A DNA stretch of 63,031 bases, the filler included, from Choristocarpus tenellus KU-1152 (taxonomy: Eukaryota; Protista; Phaeophyceae), in NCBI GenBank assembly GCA_964200185.2. It is 12 parts of 12 records of this genome, joined end to end, with 100 filler letters (N's around TTAATTAATTAA, not from the genome) between each part and the next. Parts side by side here need not be neighbours in the genome. Positions count along the whole stretch, not along the records: positions 1 to 3,416 come from CAXNAD020020178.1; positions 3,517 to 7,612 come from CAXNAD020016237.1; positions 7,713 to 13,769 come from CAXNAD020009050.1; 9 more parts are not named here. One strand, 5' to 3'. The notes under the pieces were generated by a model that was given only the letters and a program-made list of their open reading frames with translations, was not told the origin of the DNA and made no database searches. Position 1 is the first letter of the stretch. Each line of letters begins with the position of its first letter. Positions 1 through 12,958 of this stretch are shown here, piece by piece. Position numbers and translations under genes: made by a program.

Positions 1-75
1 CCCCCTCCCCCACCCATCCCCCTATTCTCTCCTCTTTAACTTTTCCTCTTCCCTTGCCTCTCCCCCTTGCCCCAG

Positions 76-3000
76 TGGCAGGAAAGAAGTTCAGCGACTG
101 GCAGCACGCCTCTCGGAGCTTAAGCAATCTCGGACCAAAGTCAAGGCTGGTAGTGAAGGAAAGGTTGGGGGAGATGGCAACGACGGTGCTGGTAATGGTT
201 CAGATGGTGCTTCCCCAACTCCTGTGGCCAGTAGCCGTACAACCCCAATAGTTGGCGGTCTTTCCACTCCATTAACAACGAGGGGGTCTTTGTCCTTTAC
301 AAGGACACCGGGAACTTCTTCGCCTCGCCGAGGGTCTATGTACGGGCGGGTTGGGGGCGGTGGGGTTGATGGCGGTGTTATGTTGGAGAGATTGAAGGCT
401 GCGGAGAGCAAGGTGGTCCAACTTGAGTGTCAGGTGGCAGAAAACATCTCGGCCAAAGTGAGAGGGTATAGGGTTACATAGTGTTAAAGGGTGTTATGGA
501 GGCGGAAGGTGGAAGGTAGTAGGTGGAAGTTAGGGTTTTGTAATGCGGAGCTAGGCTTTTCTAGTCTACTTTGGAGAGAATTGAGATGTAACAGGGGGGT
601 GGGTGTTTAGTTGTTCGAAGCTCTTGCTTGCTTACCTGGAGTTTTGTATTTTTTTGTAACTTCACTGTTGTTCACATGAGCGTTTTTGAGCATGCCACCT
701 TGGGATGGTGTGTGTTAACTGTCTTGGAGCAGTGACTGCATTGCTTAAACCTTAAGTTTTGAATTGAAGAGGTACAACATGCACTTATTTTTATTTAACG
801 TGTCGTGTAGGATCTTGAGGTCAAGGATATTGTCTGATTGGTCTGTTTGCAAGAACTATGATCATCATTTACGCCTTGTTTCTGAACTCTGTACTGATGA
901 TGCTGACGGTTGTTTATTACCTCTCATACCACCCCCCCCTCCCCATTCCATTCTCTTCTTAATCTATATTTTTATCCCCTCCCCATCCCTTCATGTGGGT
1001 TGAACGTAATAGACCCCAAGCTGTGCTCGTGTTGTGGATGTTTGTCGTAGCACATTTTTTATTGTTGTGTTGCTGTATTTTATTTTCTTATTTTACTGCC
1101 TACTTGGAGTACATAATGTAGTAACTGTTGTTGTGAACATAAGTCCAACATGCACCCTTCGACCACTGTTATGCCTGCGTTACACACATTGGCATGTTGC
1201 CTTATTCTTTTTATTCTTTTTGATGCCAGGAGTCGTTGGCGATTGAGCGGGATGCATTATCTCTTCGTCTTAAAGACCAAGTGCTTGAACTGGAACAGGG
1301 GAAGGTGGTGGTGCAGAAAGAAGGGGAAGTGTCGTACCAGAATTGTGAGAGGGAAGAGGATTTGAAAGCTGTGGTTGAGGCGGCAGATAAAGCTGCAAGG
1401 TATGGAAACCCTTTGATTGCCAGCGACCGTCCCCCGCTGTCGTAGTGGCATCTATATGTTGACTATGATTTTATGGTCTAATTCTGTGTTTGTATTATCG
1501 TGCGGTTAAATTTGGTAAGAACTGTCAGTACATGTGTTGACTGCTACTTTGGTTGCACCACTGCACCTGTTCTGTTTGTGAATTAGACATGTAGTCAGGG
1601 TTATAGATGTAGAGATTTCAAGGCTTAAAATGATACCCCGATTATGTACTTCAAAATTTATAATCAATGACCTGTCCTGTTTGAACATACGACTGTGATC
1701 ATGGCCTTGGAGTATGTACTGTGTTTGGTGAGGGAGGGGGGAAGTAGTTAGTGCATTTTTGTGACATGCATACCATAACACAATTATTTCTAATCCTGTT
1801 TCATAGCCCTGCTGTGCTGGAGTTGGGAGGATGAAGTTGTACACATCCCTTTTCACAGCCTTATATCCCTTATATTTTCACAGAATGACCTCAAAAAAAA
1901 ATAATTTTGTAAACAATTTGCCACGCTTGAGATTTTTTCCACTGCTCTGGACAAATCATAAAGCCACCCTAAAAATTGAAACTCTCGGGGTCAGGAAAAA
2001 CATACTATCGATGTGTATGAAGAGTTAAGCTTCTTACTCAAAATTGACTCACGGCTTCCTTTTTCTGCAATTGTTGAGCAGACTGGCAGAGGCCAAGGAA
2101 GAGGAATCTGTGGAAAAGCTGAGGGTCAGTGAGGCATTATGCAGGGATTTGGAAGGGAAGCTTTCTCTGATTGAGAAAATGTCCGAGAATGCTTTGCATG
2201 AGGAACGCCTCAAGGTGGGGCTGAAATTGTATTGTAATTTTACAGAAAGGATGGTTTGAAGTTGAAGTTGAAGTTGAAGTTGAAGTTGGTGATTAAAGCT
2301 GAGGGGGACGGGAGGGAGAGAGGTGGCAGTGTTGTTGGTGAGGCTGTTTGCTCGAGATCTTCATGAGATACCTTGGTCTACGATAATCGGGAATTGATAT
2401 GTTGCGATACGATGGGAAATTAAATGTCTTGCTTGGTGACTTGGTGTGTGAAGAAGGTGCATTACAAAGGCATTGCTCTCTGTAATCTTGCCTGCCTGTT
2501 TCGCTGTCTTGAGATTGACTCGATTCCTGCTGTGCTCTGTGTTCACAAGTTGCCGAGTTTTTTTGGTTGCAAAATGGGAATGTAGTGTTTTTTTGTTGGG
2601 TTCCAAGGCACGAACACAGAGTATGTGCTGTGTATGTGTTGTGTGTGTGTGTGTGTGTGTGCATGTGTTGTGTGTGTGTATGTATGTGCTGTGTATGTGT
2701 TGTGTATGTGTGTGCATGTGTTTTGTGTGTATGTGTTGTGCATTTTGTTCGCACGTATTTTTGTGTGTCGGTGTGTGGTGGCTTGTCTGCTGAACTTGAC
2801 TTTTTTTTTTTAAATGCTCTTTTTTTTTTTTTTCTCTTTTTTACCTTTTTGTTTATTTTCGTTTGTTTTGTTTTGCTGTGAGATCTTTTTTTCTGTTTGT
2901 TTTGGTGTGGACTACTCGACTGAAGTAAAGAGTTAATTCTCAGGAGAAGTACTGGTAAGAGCACTAAGAGTAGTAATATTTATTAACCAATGACTCTCCT

Positions 3001-3110
3001 ACTCTCTTCTCTTGTGGCATGCGTGATTGCTGCTGAAGGTCTCTGCCCTAGCAAAAGAGAGGGCTGCAGCCGCTGCTGCCGCCAGAAGGGAGGCGGACAT
3101 GGAGGCACAG
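76..3110 (+). CDS. Internal exons of a coiled-coil protein of unknown function (partial gene)
   Basis: Exons 76-457 (GRKEVQRLAARLSELKQ...VAENISAK), 1230-1399 (ESLAIERDALSLRLKDQVLELEQ...), 2082-2214 (LAEAKEEESVEKLRVSEALCRDLEGKL...) and 3039-3110 (VSALAKERAAAAAAARREADMEAQ). All are bounded by AG/GT and the phases match across introns. The peptide is E/K/L/A-rich and heptad-like. Confidence 0.75.
2258..2287. repeat. (GAAGTT)n microsatellite
   Basis: About 5 tandem copies of gaagtt in an intron. Confidence 0.85.
2622..2780. repeat. Degenerate (TG)n microsatellite
   Basis: Run of tgtg/tatg. It produces the spurious His/Thr and Cys/Val ORFs in the ORF track. Confidence 0.9.
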
Positions 3111-3218
3111 GTGTGACAACATCATAGACCTGCATGGACGTAACTGTGTGGCTTTGTTTTTTATGTTGGACATAGGGGACAAAGTATCTGGAGGGAGGTG
3201 CTGGCGGTTTTTGACCCT

Positions 3219-3401
3219 GACTCGAAGTATCTGAGGGGGGAGGGGTGGCGGCTGTCAATTTGGGGCTAATTTCTTCGTGTCTCAATTTTTGGGTGATTTG
3301 GTTCCATACGTTGGATGGATAATGAAAGTGCACTTTTTCCTGGTTATGGCCCAAATAGACTTTGGTGTAGATCACGACCCCTCCCCCAGCTACTTTGGTG
3401 C
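3219..3401 (+). mobile_element. MITE family A copy (~180 bp; TIR GGCTCAAAGTATCTG-polyG / polyC-CAGATACTTTG)
   Basis: Same internal sequence (gtgatttggttgcatacgtcggatggata...gcacttttcctg) and TIRs as the copies at 14973, 20572, 32542, 34206 and 34461. Confidence 0.8.
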
Positions 3402-3416
3402 CTTGTGGTATTCTTG

Positions 3417-3516
3417 NNNNNNNNNNNNNNNNNNNNNNNNNNNNNNNNNNNNNNNNNNNNTTAATTAATTAANNNNNNNNNNNNNNNNNNNNNNNNNNNN
3501 NNNNNNNNNNNNNNNN
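3417..3516. other. Artificial contig-joining spacer (44N-TTAATTAATTAA-44N)
   Basis: Identical 100-bp spacer with stops in all six frames also at 7613-7712, 13770-13869, 16460-16559, 21863-21962, 25996-26095, 30170-30269, 34631-34730, 38062-38161, 56756-56855 and 59649-59748. Confidence 0.97.
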
Positions 3517-4190
3517 AAAATTACATCAAAATTGCAACATTGGACTTTGGCCCCCAAATGGACGTGGCTGTACCCTCTAAGATACTTTGGCTCTAATATA
3601 TATATATTGTGCCAGCAACAGTGGAGCATGTATGTACGGTGGGATAACAGGATCCTCCCATCTCCTATGCTCACGTCCCAGTCAGTAGTGATTATAACTC
3701 AATCATTAAACGCACACACACACACGTACATATGTTGAACATTAATTTAGTAGTTTTAAAGATAGTATCATTACACCGTCATTATCTCAGTAGTAGATTC
3801 ATGTCGAATCAACCTGTACAGCATGGACACATGATACTACGATGTACATTGGAAAATCAGAGAAATGAATACGCTGCAGTTGTTTCAAGCATAGTATATA
3901 AAATAGGACCATAAGAACCTCGTAAATTATCGGAAGTGTTTTGAGCTCAATTCTTCGGCGTGCCCCCTCCCTGACTCTTTCTCCTTCATGAATCAAAATC
4001 GCAACATTGGATTTTGGACCCCAAACGGACGTGGCCCTACCTTCTTAAATGCTTTGACTCTTTTTATATCTTAGATACATTATTTTCACATAATATATCA
4101 TAATAGTCTGGGGACTATCCCGAACCATGGTCAGAGGCACTCCACACTGCCCTTCTAATACTAACTGCTATACTATAACCCTAACTACAA

Positions 4191-5290
4191 CTAATTGCAC
4201 TTCCTCTTTCCTGCCTTTACACACGTTGGATTAAGCACTCCCACATACACTCTTCTTGTCTCTTATCACTCCATCATCTCCTTTTTCGAATCTTCTGCTT
4301 GACCCACCTCGAACTTTCCACCTCCATTGTGGTTCGACCTTTGGTGGTATATCCATAACAACAGGTCTACAATCTATTGCGTTTGCGGGATGGAATTGGA
4401 TCACTCACACCAGATTCCGAGAAAAGAAGTCTGGAGTCAGTGGGGTTCGACCCCCGAAATTGATGCCACCTTCACCGCTGAGCCACTATTAACACAACAC
4501 CAAATATAAAAAGGAACACAAGAACGCCTAGCATGTTCCTACGCAATCCCCTGTATGATCTTTTGCTCCCAACCTGTACAACACCAACAACAGTCTCCAT
4601 TGCATAGATGAGGGTAGGGAGACGTGGTACAGAGTTTCTATCTTCCACCTGCAATAGAAAAGATAAAAAGCGATGATCTCCATACTTGCGATCGGATGTG
4701 GCCTGACAGGCTTAGGGCCAACGGTCATGCTCTTGATATTTGTTGTATCTAGGCGTGCACCTTTAGTGATAATCGCCTTTGTCAGGTATGATGCCGTGTA
4801 CCCCTGGCAATTCGGAGGGAGACTAAGTGTATTGTCTGAATAGGTATTAGTGCCTCGCCATGTGCCTACATGGATTCTGAATTTGGTATAGAGTAGTTGT
4901 CATCTCCAAAACACAGTCAAGTACTCACTTAGGATAGGGATTTTATACTTTCAACAGACCTGTTCTTTCTCCGCCCAATACTGTCATGGCACCTTCCTTA
5001 TGATTTCGCCCTGCCTCTCCTTTTCTTCCCATCCTTCATACCGCCTTCTTTTGAAGTGCTTTCTTCTGGCTTCTGTCGATCCTAATTTCCTCACTGGTGT
5101 GGTCAATGTTCTCGAACATAAAGGTTAGTTGTCGCCAACACCCTTTTCTCCAACAATTTTTGGCCAGTTTTATCATGTACGTATGCCACGGCAGTACGGC
5201 ATTGTTCGTCGTTGGAGGGTTCCTAGAGCGTAGCTTCAGTGTCGATACCCTGTTATACATTGACCCTCTCCTATAATATCTCCTGTTTTA
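4191..5290 (-). pseudogene. Decayed or partial spliced coding sequence, unknown product
   Basis: Clean exon 4574-4648 (VEDRNSVPRLPTLIYAMETVVGVVQ, polypyrimidine-CAG acceptor, GT donor), an 88-bp intron, then WLSGEGGINFGGRTPLTPDFFSRNL from 4485. The upstream frame at about 5000-5290 is protein-like but has several stops. Confidence 0.35.
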
Positions 5291-5827
5291 TCCTGGGGGG
5301 AGGGGTGATGCTGATCTTTTGTTTTGACAACGGGGTCTCTCCCTGCTACGCCAATGTACAAGGATTATTTAGTGTAATGGTGACAATAAAGGGTTCCTTA
5401 AGTTGTTACACGATCTTACTATTAGGTTTGCATCTCTCTATATCTTCCCGTTCATCGTATTTCACCATCACTATCCCACCCCTGGTTTGATGAGCCTGCC
5501 TGCCTGAAGCTGTCTTTCCGCAAGGGTGGCCGCGGAGGGTATACACATGCACACTGCAAATTCAGCTTCCAGGTTACGCTCCGAATGCCCTATTCCAGAA
5601 GTCAAATGCAAAGGACTGTAAGGTTGATAGTGCAGAGATGAAAGAACAGTCACCTACCTCTTACCTGCATCACCAAAGTTGACAGCGAGGCAGACGACTA
5701 GTGCAACACAAGATAAGCATCAATACCACTGTTGTGGATTACCCGTCACAGTCCCCTCCCCTTCATGGTCATATTCCGACTAAACCAATGCTGTGGAAAT
5801 CCATGCATGTCTGTTGTTGTATCATAG

Positions 5828-6080
5828 GAGGGGTGGTTCCTGGCTACTCTGGGGGGGGTGAGTATGCAGGAGTTGGGTCGAGTGACGCTGGTGCGATTGT
5901 ACATGAAAACGGAAGGCGTGATTGCCCGTGCAAGTGTCCAGAGGTTTCGGGGGGGTCAAGGTGGAGACAGGGGTGTGGGCATCAGTGAGACTGACAATAG
6001 AGGCACCCCTTCGCCAGCAAGAGGAGATCATCATGATGTGAAGATGTTGCTACCGTTAAATGATCTGTCATCTGCTGTAG
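5828..6080 (+). CDS. Isolated probable exon, unknown protein
   Basis: catag acceptor and G|gtaag donor around an open frame EGWFLATLGGVSMQELGRVTLVRLYMKTEG...LSSAV. No homology recognised. Confidence 0.4.
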
Positions 6081-9000
6081 GTAAGGGCGCACATACTTTG
6101 GGGCGTGCTATTCCCCTCCCTCCCTCCCTCCTTCGAACAAAACCATTGTGGAATCTGGTAGGATAGGGATGTGTGACGGGTTGCTGTGGATTGAAGCTCT
6201 GGATGCCAGGCCAAAGACTACTTATTTCTGTCACATGGATTGTGCATGTACGGATTAATAATACAGCTGCAACAGTAGTGTAAAATCCTTCTTTCCACTA
6301 CAAAACCCTTACCAGTGGAGGGCTGTCGTCATACTATGGACCTTTACCTTCTTTTTTTTTTTCAATGTTGTGTTTTCGTCTCGCAACGATATCCATCTCG
6401 AAGCTCTTGACCCTTTGAGGAGAATACACTCTTTTTTTTTGTACACACCATTGTTCGCACCACATACGGATCTCTTAAAGGGTAGATCAGGGCAATTGCG
6501 TTTTTTGGGGGAGGTGAGTATCATGTGCTTGGATGTGAAAAAATATGCTTGGCAGTCGGGTCATTTCTCGCTATTACAGGTCAAGTTGTCCTCAATTTTG
6601 TGCCTTCATGCGGTGCTTTGTATCCATCTGCCATGTGTGATGCGAGGACAACTGACTGCTGCGTAGAGCTCTATTGCAGTTTATTAGTAAGGTTTAAAAA
6701 AATTGTTTGAGGATATCGCAGTGATAATTTTCTGGTGTGGTTCTCTTTTCAAGATTTCTAGTGCTTGTTGGAAGAAAATCAGGCTAGGAGATTCCTCTGA
6801 CTGTGCCTGCCCTGCTTACGTATATACATCCATTGGATTGAGTGGCCCCCATGATTGAATTTGTGTGAAAATATCACATACGTATGTACATATATATGTA
6901 TTAAAATTCTTAAAAGAGTATATTATTGTGAGACTTCGCTTCTTTCAAATTCTGAAAATATTGTAAAAATGATATTTTTTTGTCTTATTTTTACTTCCTG
7001 CAAAGGGTAACTCTTTCCAGTCTCATATTGTCTGAGAAAAAAGTGCCCATCTCTGCTGCTGTAGCCTTGACTATTGATAGAAATGGTCTGACTCCTGTTT
7101 GAGGGTTGAGTGCATCGAATGCTAGATGAGGATCTTAGATTCTGCTGTGCTCCTGATCATTTCGAGGAGTTTAAGTCCATGAACCTGAAAATATGTTTGT
7201 GTTAGCTTTTGAAGTACTGCCAGACCACCATGCCGTGACACACTCACTGTGTTATCTCATGCATTGTCTTGAACACTCTGCAGTACCTTCATCACTTGCA
7301 ATGCCTTCCAATAATAGTAGCAATCCCTTCCTCGTACACAAATGATGAGCCGATGCAATAATAACCCAGTGTGATACCCCTACTATCTGTGGAGATAACC
7401 TTGGCTTTCCTCACTTGATCAAAACCCTACCCCCACTTTCTGCTCTCTGTACATTATATCCCTTACTATTTATGAATATATGTACATATATTATATTTAC
7501 ATATATTATATTTACATATATTTACATAATTTGTATGTCCATGCAGCTAGTGGGGTGGGGTGGGGGGGTATGCATGCAGTAATCTTCTTGGGGAATGTAC
7601 TGGCACAGAACTNNNNNNNNNNNNNNNNNNNNNNNNNNNNNNNNNNNNNNNNNNNNTTAATTAATTAANNNNNNNNNNNNNNNNNNNNNNNNNNNNNNNN
7701 NNNNNNNNNNNNGTCGCCATCCTGAGAAAAGTCTCCTGAAAAGCCTGGAACCTTTGCTGCTGCCTCTACAGCTGCAGGAGCTGTACCAACAGTTCTGACA
7801 GGGAGGGACATTGGGCACCTTCCAGAACACGCTGTATCTATGTCGGATGAAGAAGAAGGGAGGGGGGGGGGGATATTGGATCAAAGTAGCTCATAGAATC
7901 AATATTTTTTCTTGGGCTTTTTTTTGTGTGTTTCTATGATGAGTTCAACTATTTCACGCATCGATTATATTTTCTTTGTGATATGTGAGGTATTTGCTAG
8001 TGTATTATGATTGGTGACTGATGTGGGATTGTATGCTGGTTGAAGGTTAGGGTTGTGTTTGCAGCACTGCTTACGTTATTTCGGTTGGTTGGATGGATGG
8101 TAGATCAACATGTTGGTATCGTAGATATCTGTTGCCCATCGTAATGATCATTTTTTTATTTTTTGTGTACCTGAAGTTCAGAAGAGGTGGCTGATGTCAT
8201 TGGCCTAATTATTAGTTGGGGTAGGGGGTAGGGTGTGATGTCATGTATATGATGGGTCTCAAGGGGAACTCCATGTTTGAGATGAATGTTTGGACTTGGT
8301 TTACGTTTGGACTGCAGAATGTGCTGCCTTTTTTGGTGTCCTTGCACTACCTTTGAATAGGGGCGTTTGCTGTATGTTGCTTTTTTGTATGATACATAGC
8401 CCAGATGAGGGGTGGAGGAGAGAGGAGGAAGTGATACTGCTGTGCCCTCTTGCATTTTTTTTTTTTTTTCCCTCAGTCGCTGTCTTGATGCCTGCTTTTG
8501 TTCTTTGTTGTAGTGGCAGTTGCTACAGACCTGTAACTGCTCATTTATATCTTCATCACTGGCACAGATGATATGTATGTAACTGTGCGCACACAAATAG
8601 GTCAAAAAAAAACTGTCATGCCATGGTTGAAACCAGTGGGGCATAACCGTAAGTATGCCAAACCTGGGAGGAGTACTCCCATTCCATTTGGATAGAGCAG
8701 ATTTTCCACTCTGCCTGGCTGTATTCACCCATTCGAGCTCTTTGTTGTTCAAACTATATTCTCACTCTTTTGTAGATCTTGTCCCTGTTTCTACTGATGT
8801 TTACTTATGCATCCAATAGTAGTACTGTCACGACAATTTGCTACTCTGACAATTTGTTGTCTAGAATGTGATGTTGTTAAGCTAATTGCACCTTCTAAAT
8901 CTGGCTGTTCTTGTTTGAAACATTCTGTGCTGAGATGAGAGCACAAAAGTATCGTGGTGGGGTGGGTGGGGAGTGTGGTTGAATTGTAGGGATCTGCGGG

Positions 9001-9654
9001 AGAGCCTTCTTTTCATACTTTTTGTGTTGTACACCCCTTGATGATACCCCTATACAGGGATTCCCACCTGCCACAGGTCACAGCCAAAAAGTAGACTTAG
9101 ATCATAGTGTGGAGGCATGATCCGCTCAAACAGAGCATACACAACTTTTCAGTGTAGAAGTGAGGGGTAAGGTAAAAGTTTAAAGTGCTGTAATGATTCA
9201 AATAGGTTCAAACCTACCCACCTCTATAGCTAATTGCATTTTTTTGTGAGGATTACATATACACACCCACCTACATATGATGAAACCCCGAAACCATCTC
9301 TTGAAACTAACTGGGTTGGGTTGATGTGTGGTATAAATACTTGCATACACAGGAAATATGTATGCCCGCCCAAGAGGCGTTCTCAACCAATCACTGTTAA
9401 TTTCAGAGCAGTATGCTCAGACTGCCTACAACAAGGTCCTCGGAATAGAAGTAGATGAGGGCATATTCACACTTCAAACGAGTGAACAGTGCTCTTTCTC
9501 ACTTGTCTCTTCTTTTTTTTTTGTGAGGTGATTGCTCTTGTGTTCTACTTTGGCTTCCTTTCCTTCCCATGACATTTGAAGAGTGTTGTTCGGATTAGAT
9601 GAACCTAATGCGACAAGAGAAATTTCTTTTCTCTTTCCTTTTCCCACAGGACCT

Positions 9655-9923
9655 GACCCAAAGCATTCAAGAGGGTAGGAGTTTTGCCCTGTTAGCCCGT
9701 TTGGGACTTGGCTTCTCATGGGTCTTTTGTGCCCTTCTTTGGTTTTCTGTGTGAACATTTCGGATTTCGAGAGTAGGCGAAGTGTGTAGGACTATCAAAG
9801 GCGTGAACGGAGCAAGGATGTTGACATTTGTTAACAAAGACGATAGCCAAAATGAATCTAAATCACAACGTTGGATTTGGACTTTGGACGGACGCGGACC
9901 TATCCTCTTCAATGCTTTGGGTC
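9655..9923 (+). mobile_element. MITE family B, divergent copy with 4-bp TSD ACCT
   Basis: TIR gacccaaagcattcaagagggtagg...cctatcctcttcaatgctttgggtc, flanked by acct at 9651-9654 and 9924-9927. Confidence 0.8.
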
Positions 9924-10430
9924 ACCTGACGATGTGTAGTGACATTGCTGAAGTCCTATTATGCCAAATATGGTGTGTTAGTGTGTTGATGCGATAGTAT
10001 CTGGATTTCTATTTTTTCATCTTTGTAGATACTAAGTTTCTTTTTTTTGTTTCTTTCTCTCTCTTTCCGTTCACTGACTGCTTCCTATTTTTCAACACTT
10101 ACACAAGGGCCCATTTGGACGCCCCAGTGCAGACCCCCCCCCCCCCCCCCCCCCCACCCCGCCCCTCTTTTCCTTTTTTTCCAAGCAGTTTCTACTACTG
10201 CCTTTCTTTTGGCTACCTTCCGACTGCACATCGGAGACCAATCAGACTTACTGTGCGAAGAATAACGATAGAAATCAGTTAGCGCACGAGCGTGTCCAAT
10301 CCGTGGTGGTTGGTTGTTATATAGAGTTTGGATAATCCAAACTGGATGGGATCCCCTTGAGAATATTCGGACATAATATCCATGAGTGGCAGGATCGAAC
10401 CCATTTTTAGTGGTGGCAGTAGTAGTTGTA

Positions 10431-10554
10431 AACAGCCGATTTAAAAAATTGAGGGTGGAGCTTTTCATTGAAGATGGGCTTGACCCAAAATTGACTGGGA
10501 AAAAGTGTCGATATGTTTTTTTTTGTATTTCCTCAATTTTTTTAATCGGCTGTT
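10431..10554 (+). mobile_element. MITE family D (~120 bp; TIR AACAGCCGAT...ATCGGCTGTT)
   Basis: 10-bp TIR. Homologous copies at 11373-11483 (inverted), 25928-25995 (cut by gap) and 13870-13897 (partial). Confidence 0.75.
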
Positions 10555-10769
10555 AGTAGTAGTAGTATTGATGTTAGTGGTACTGATATCATTCACGTTA
10601 GTCTTCAGGGTCTCATACTCGTGGTGGTCGAGAAGGTGGTCCAAAGAAGGCAATACACACCGGTTGAGAAATACAAGTACAAAACAAAAAAATGTACGGG
10701 GGAAAAAGAAATAGAATAGAAAAGAAACCCCAAGCGCATTCATTAACAACACCCCCGAAAAAGAATATA

Positions 10770-11236
10770 TCAGGTGCGTAAGACTGAAAATAATCGCTAC
10801 TCTTAAAATGTCACACAAAGCAACTATAATTCGACTTCACTGTCTTTTATTGAAGATGGTAGTCTCATTTTGGAATGAAAAAATTGTTCTCTTTGTCTAG
10901 AAAGAACTATTGCTATTGAACCCCTCTCCAGTAAATTTCCCAACACATTCTTATTTCAAGACCAGTAACCCTAGTTGCAAACTTAACACAGAGTTTGTTC
11001 GATAATTTATATCAATTTTTAGTACCGCTTTTTGAGAAAAAAAAATGTAGCAGGTGCATGAGGTTGAAAATAATCAGTACTCATAAAATGTCACACAAAG
11101 CAAATATAATTCGACTTCAACAATCTTTTATTGTAGATGGTAGATTCATTTTGGTATGATAAATTTGGTTCTCATTGTCTAGAAAAACAATTGTTCGACT
11201 CCTCTCCAGTAAATCTCATTACACCTCCTTATTTCG
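10770..11236. repeat. Degenerate direct repeat, 2 x ~190 bp
   Basis: aggtgc...gaaaataatc...aaaatgtcacacaaagcaa.tataattcgacttca...cctctccagtaaat occurs at about 10770-10960 and 11052-11236. Confidence 0.8.
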
Positions 11237-11372
11237 ATTATTTTTATCCATTTTATTACAGCTTTTCTATTTTATGAAAAAATATTTATCAACATGGAAA
11301 ATATGTTTCTCTTATGTATAAAAGTAATATTTCATTTGTAAGCAGGTACTGGTCTACTTTTGAATAGCATTA

Positions 11373-11483
11373 AACAGCCGATGTAATACAAAAAAATATA
11401 TATCGACACTTTATCCCAGTCAATTTTGGGTCAAGTCCATCCTCAATGAAAAGCTCCATCCTCAATTTTTGAAATCGGCTGTT
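11373..11483 (-). mobile_element. MITE family D copy, inverted
   Basis: Reverse complement of the 10431-10554 core with the same TIRs. Confidence 0.75.
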
Positions 11484-12152
11484 CTTAACAAAAATGACTT
11501 CGGTTGAACCACTCTGCACTTACGTATTGTATATTCCATATAGGAAGTTACAATATTTACAAATCTATCGCTTTTTGTCCTTCTCTCTATATATTGTATG
11601 ATTTCTAGCTCTTCAAAAGAAAAGAGAGTACAGTTCCATGAATGGGAAGAAGTCGACCCAACACTGAGAAGGAGTGTTCAATAGCGATGGTGGTTTTATT
11701 GGTGTGCTTTGGTCTACCTTTACTGCTGCTTTAGCATGATGAATATCATCTGCCACAGCTTCTTTGGAATGCCACTTAGCAATGTAGCCCGTTGTGCCAG
11801 CACCCACACACACACCACTTCTGTTGGTTGATTGCCCTTGTGCTCCATCCCTTGACCGTAATCCAAACCCCCTAACTCATCAAGGTCGCCTTGTGGGCGC
11901 ATCCACCAGCTCTTCTCTTCTCCACCTTGTATTTATTTTCCTGTCACAAGATCCCCAAACATCAAACCTTGGAAAGTCGCCCATCCCACAGACTTGCACA
12001 GTCCTTCAATGTTCTCAAACTCAAGTCTTCACAAGGACATCTTTGTAAGATAGTACATGGTCAGTACATTCACGTTTTCAAAATCTGGTGACCGTAAAAA
12101 GTTTTTTGTGGTGGTGGGAGTAAAGTTTTATATAATGGGCTTGGCAGAGTGT

Positions 12153-12860
12153 CTATGCCATAACCATGTAACAGAACCTCAAACACTTCACCCTTGAACA
12201 TTCGAATCTAAGCTCATGTGATACTCGTGAGGTCCTGGCGTGGAGCAACTGGCTGTCTTTTAGGAAACAACGCCAAGCTTTCTGGATCCTCCAGCTGATC
12301 TTGGCATTAATATCAGCTTCGTCAGTTGTGGTGACTCCAAGGTAAACAAACTGCTTATCGGTCTGGTTGCAATTCCGGTCAAGGGTCAAAGTATATGGGG
12401 GGGGGGGGGTTGCCGTCCGTTTTTCACCCTTTCTTCGATTTTCACATTTTTGGTGTGATTTGGTCACACGTGTTGGATTTGAAATGTCAGCAAGAAAAAG
12501 AGTTGTTTTACCGAAACGGACGCCCCCTCACAAACCACCCCCCCCCTCCTGATACTTTGACTTGAAAGTGCCTGGATATGGATGATGTCTACAGCCTTAT
12601 TAGAAGGAAGGTCGAAGACACCATGGTCTCTGTCTTCTCCTCCGACGTGGTCAGTCTGAGTGACCTGACAACCTCCAAAATCACCGTCATCATCCTGACC
12701 GAACATCCTTCGGTCTTAGCGATAAGGTCAGCATCGTCAGGGTACAATATCATGCCCCAAAAGAGCCGCCCAAGAGTTATTTCACTCTCTGCTCCCCGTG
12801 CTGCTCTGACCTGGTTGTTCATGTCTGCTCTCTCAATGACAACAAACTCATAGAGATGAC
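12153..12860 (-). mobile_element. Non-LTR retrotransposon (RTE-like LINE) reverse transcriptase fragment, split by a MITE
   Basis: ORF 12589-12822 reads MILYPDDADL...LTTSEEKTETM (degenerate YADD motif and the L.IS..KTE.M motif). ORF 12153-12467 reads FVYLGVTTTDEADINAKISWRIQKAWRCF, matching the RTE-type F.YLG...EI..RI.KA..AF pattern. Confidence 0.8.
12383..12563 (+). mobile_element. MITE family C (~180 bp), nested in the LINE
   Basis: TIR gggtcaaagtat-polyG...polyC-gatactttgac. Its interior differs from family A and recurs inverted at about 13085-13233. Confidence 0.75.
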
Positions 12861-12958
12861 TAGGTCCGTCCGAGGTGAACTCTTAGCTCCTACTCTTAGC
12901 ACTGGGATGAAGAAGATTTTGGGGAAGAGGATGAGAGCAGGGACAAACCCTTATTGAA

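Noticed and set aside
2293-2964. 223-aa His/Thr/Lys-rich ORF and overlapping ORFs
   Set aside because: Product of (TG)n and polyT tracts inside an intron.
3461-3472. TTAATTAATTAA palindrome recurring through the window
   Set aside because: Always centred in 44N+44N. It is an assembly linker with six-frame stops, not biology.
5000-5290. Stop-codon readthrough or alternative genetic code to explain in-frame TAA/TAG
   Set aside because: Host genes in the window translate normally in the standard code and the carrier ends at TAG. Mutational decay is simpler.
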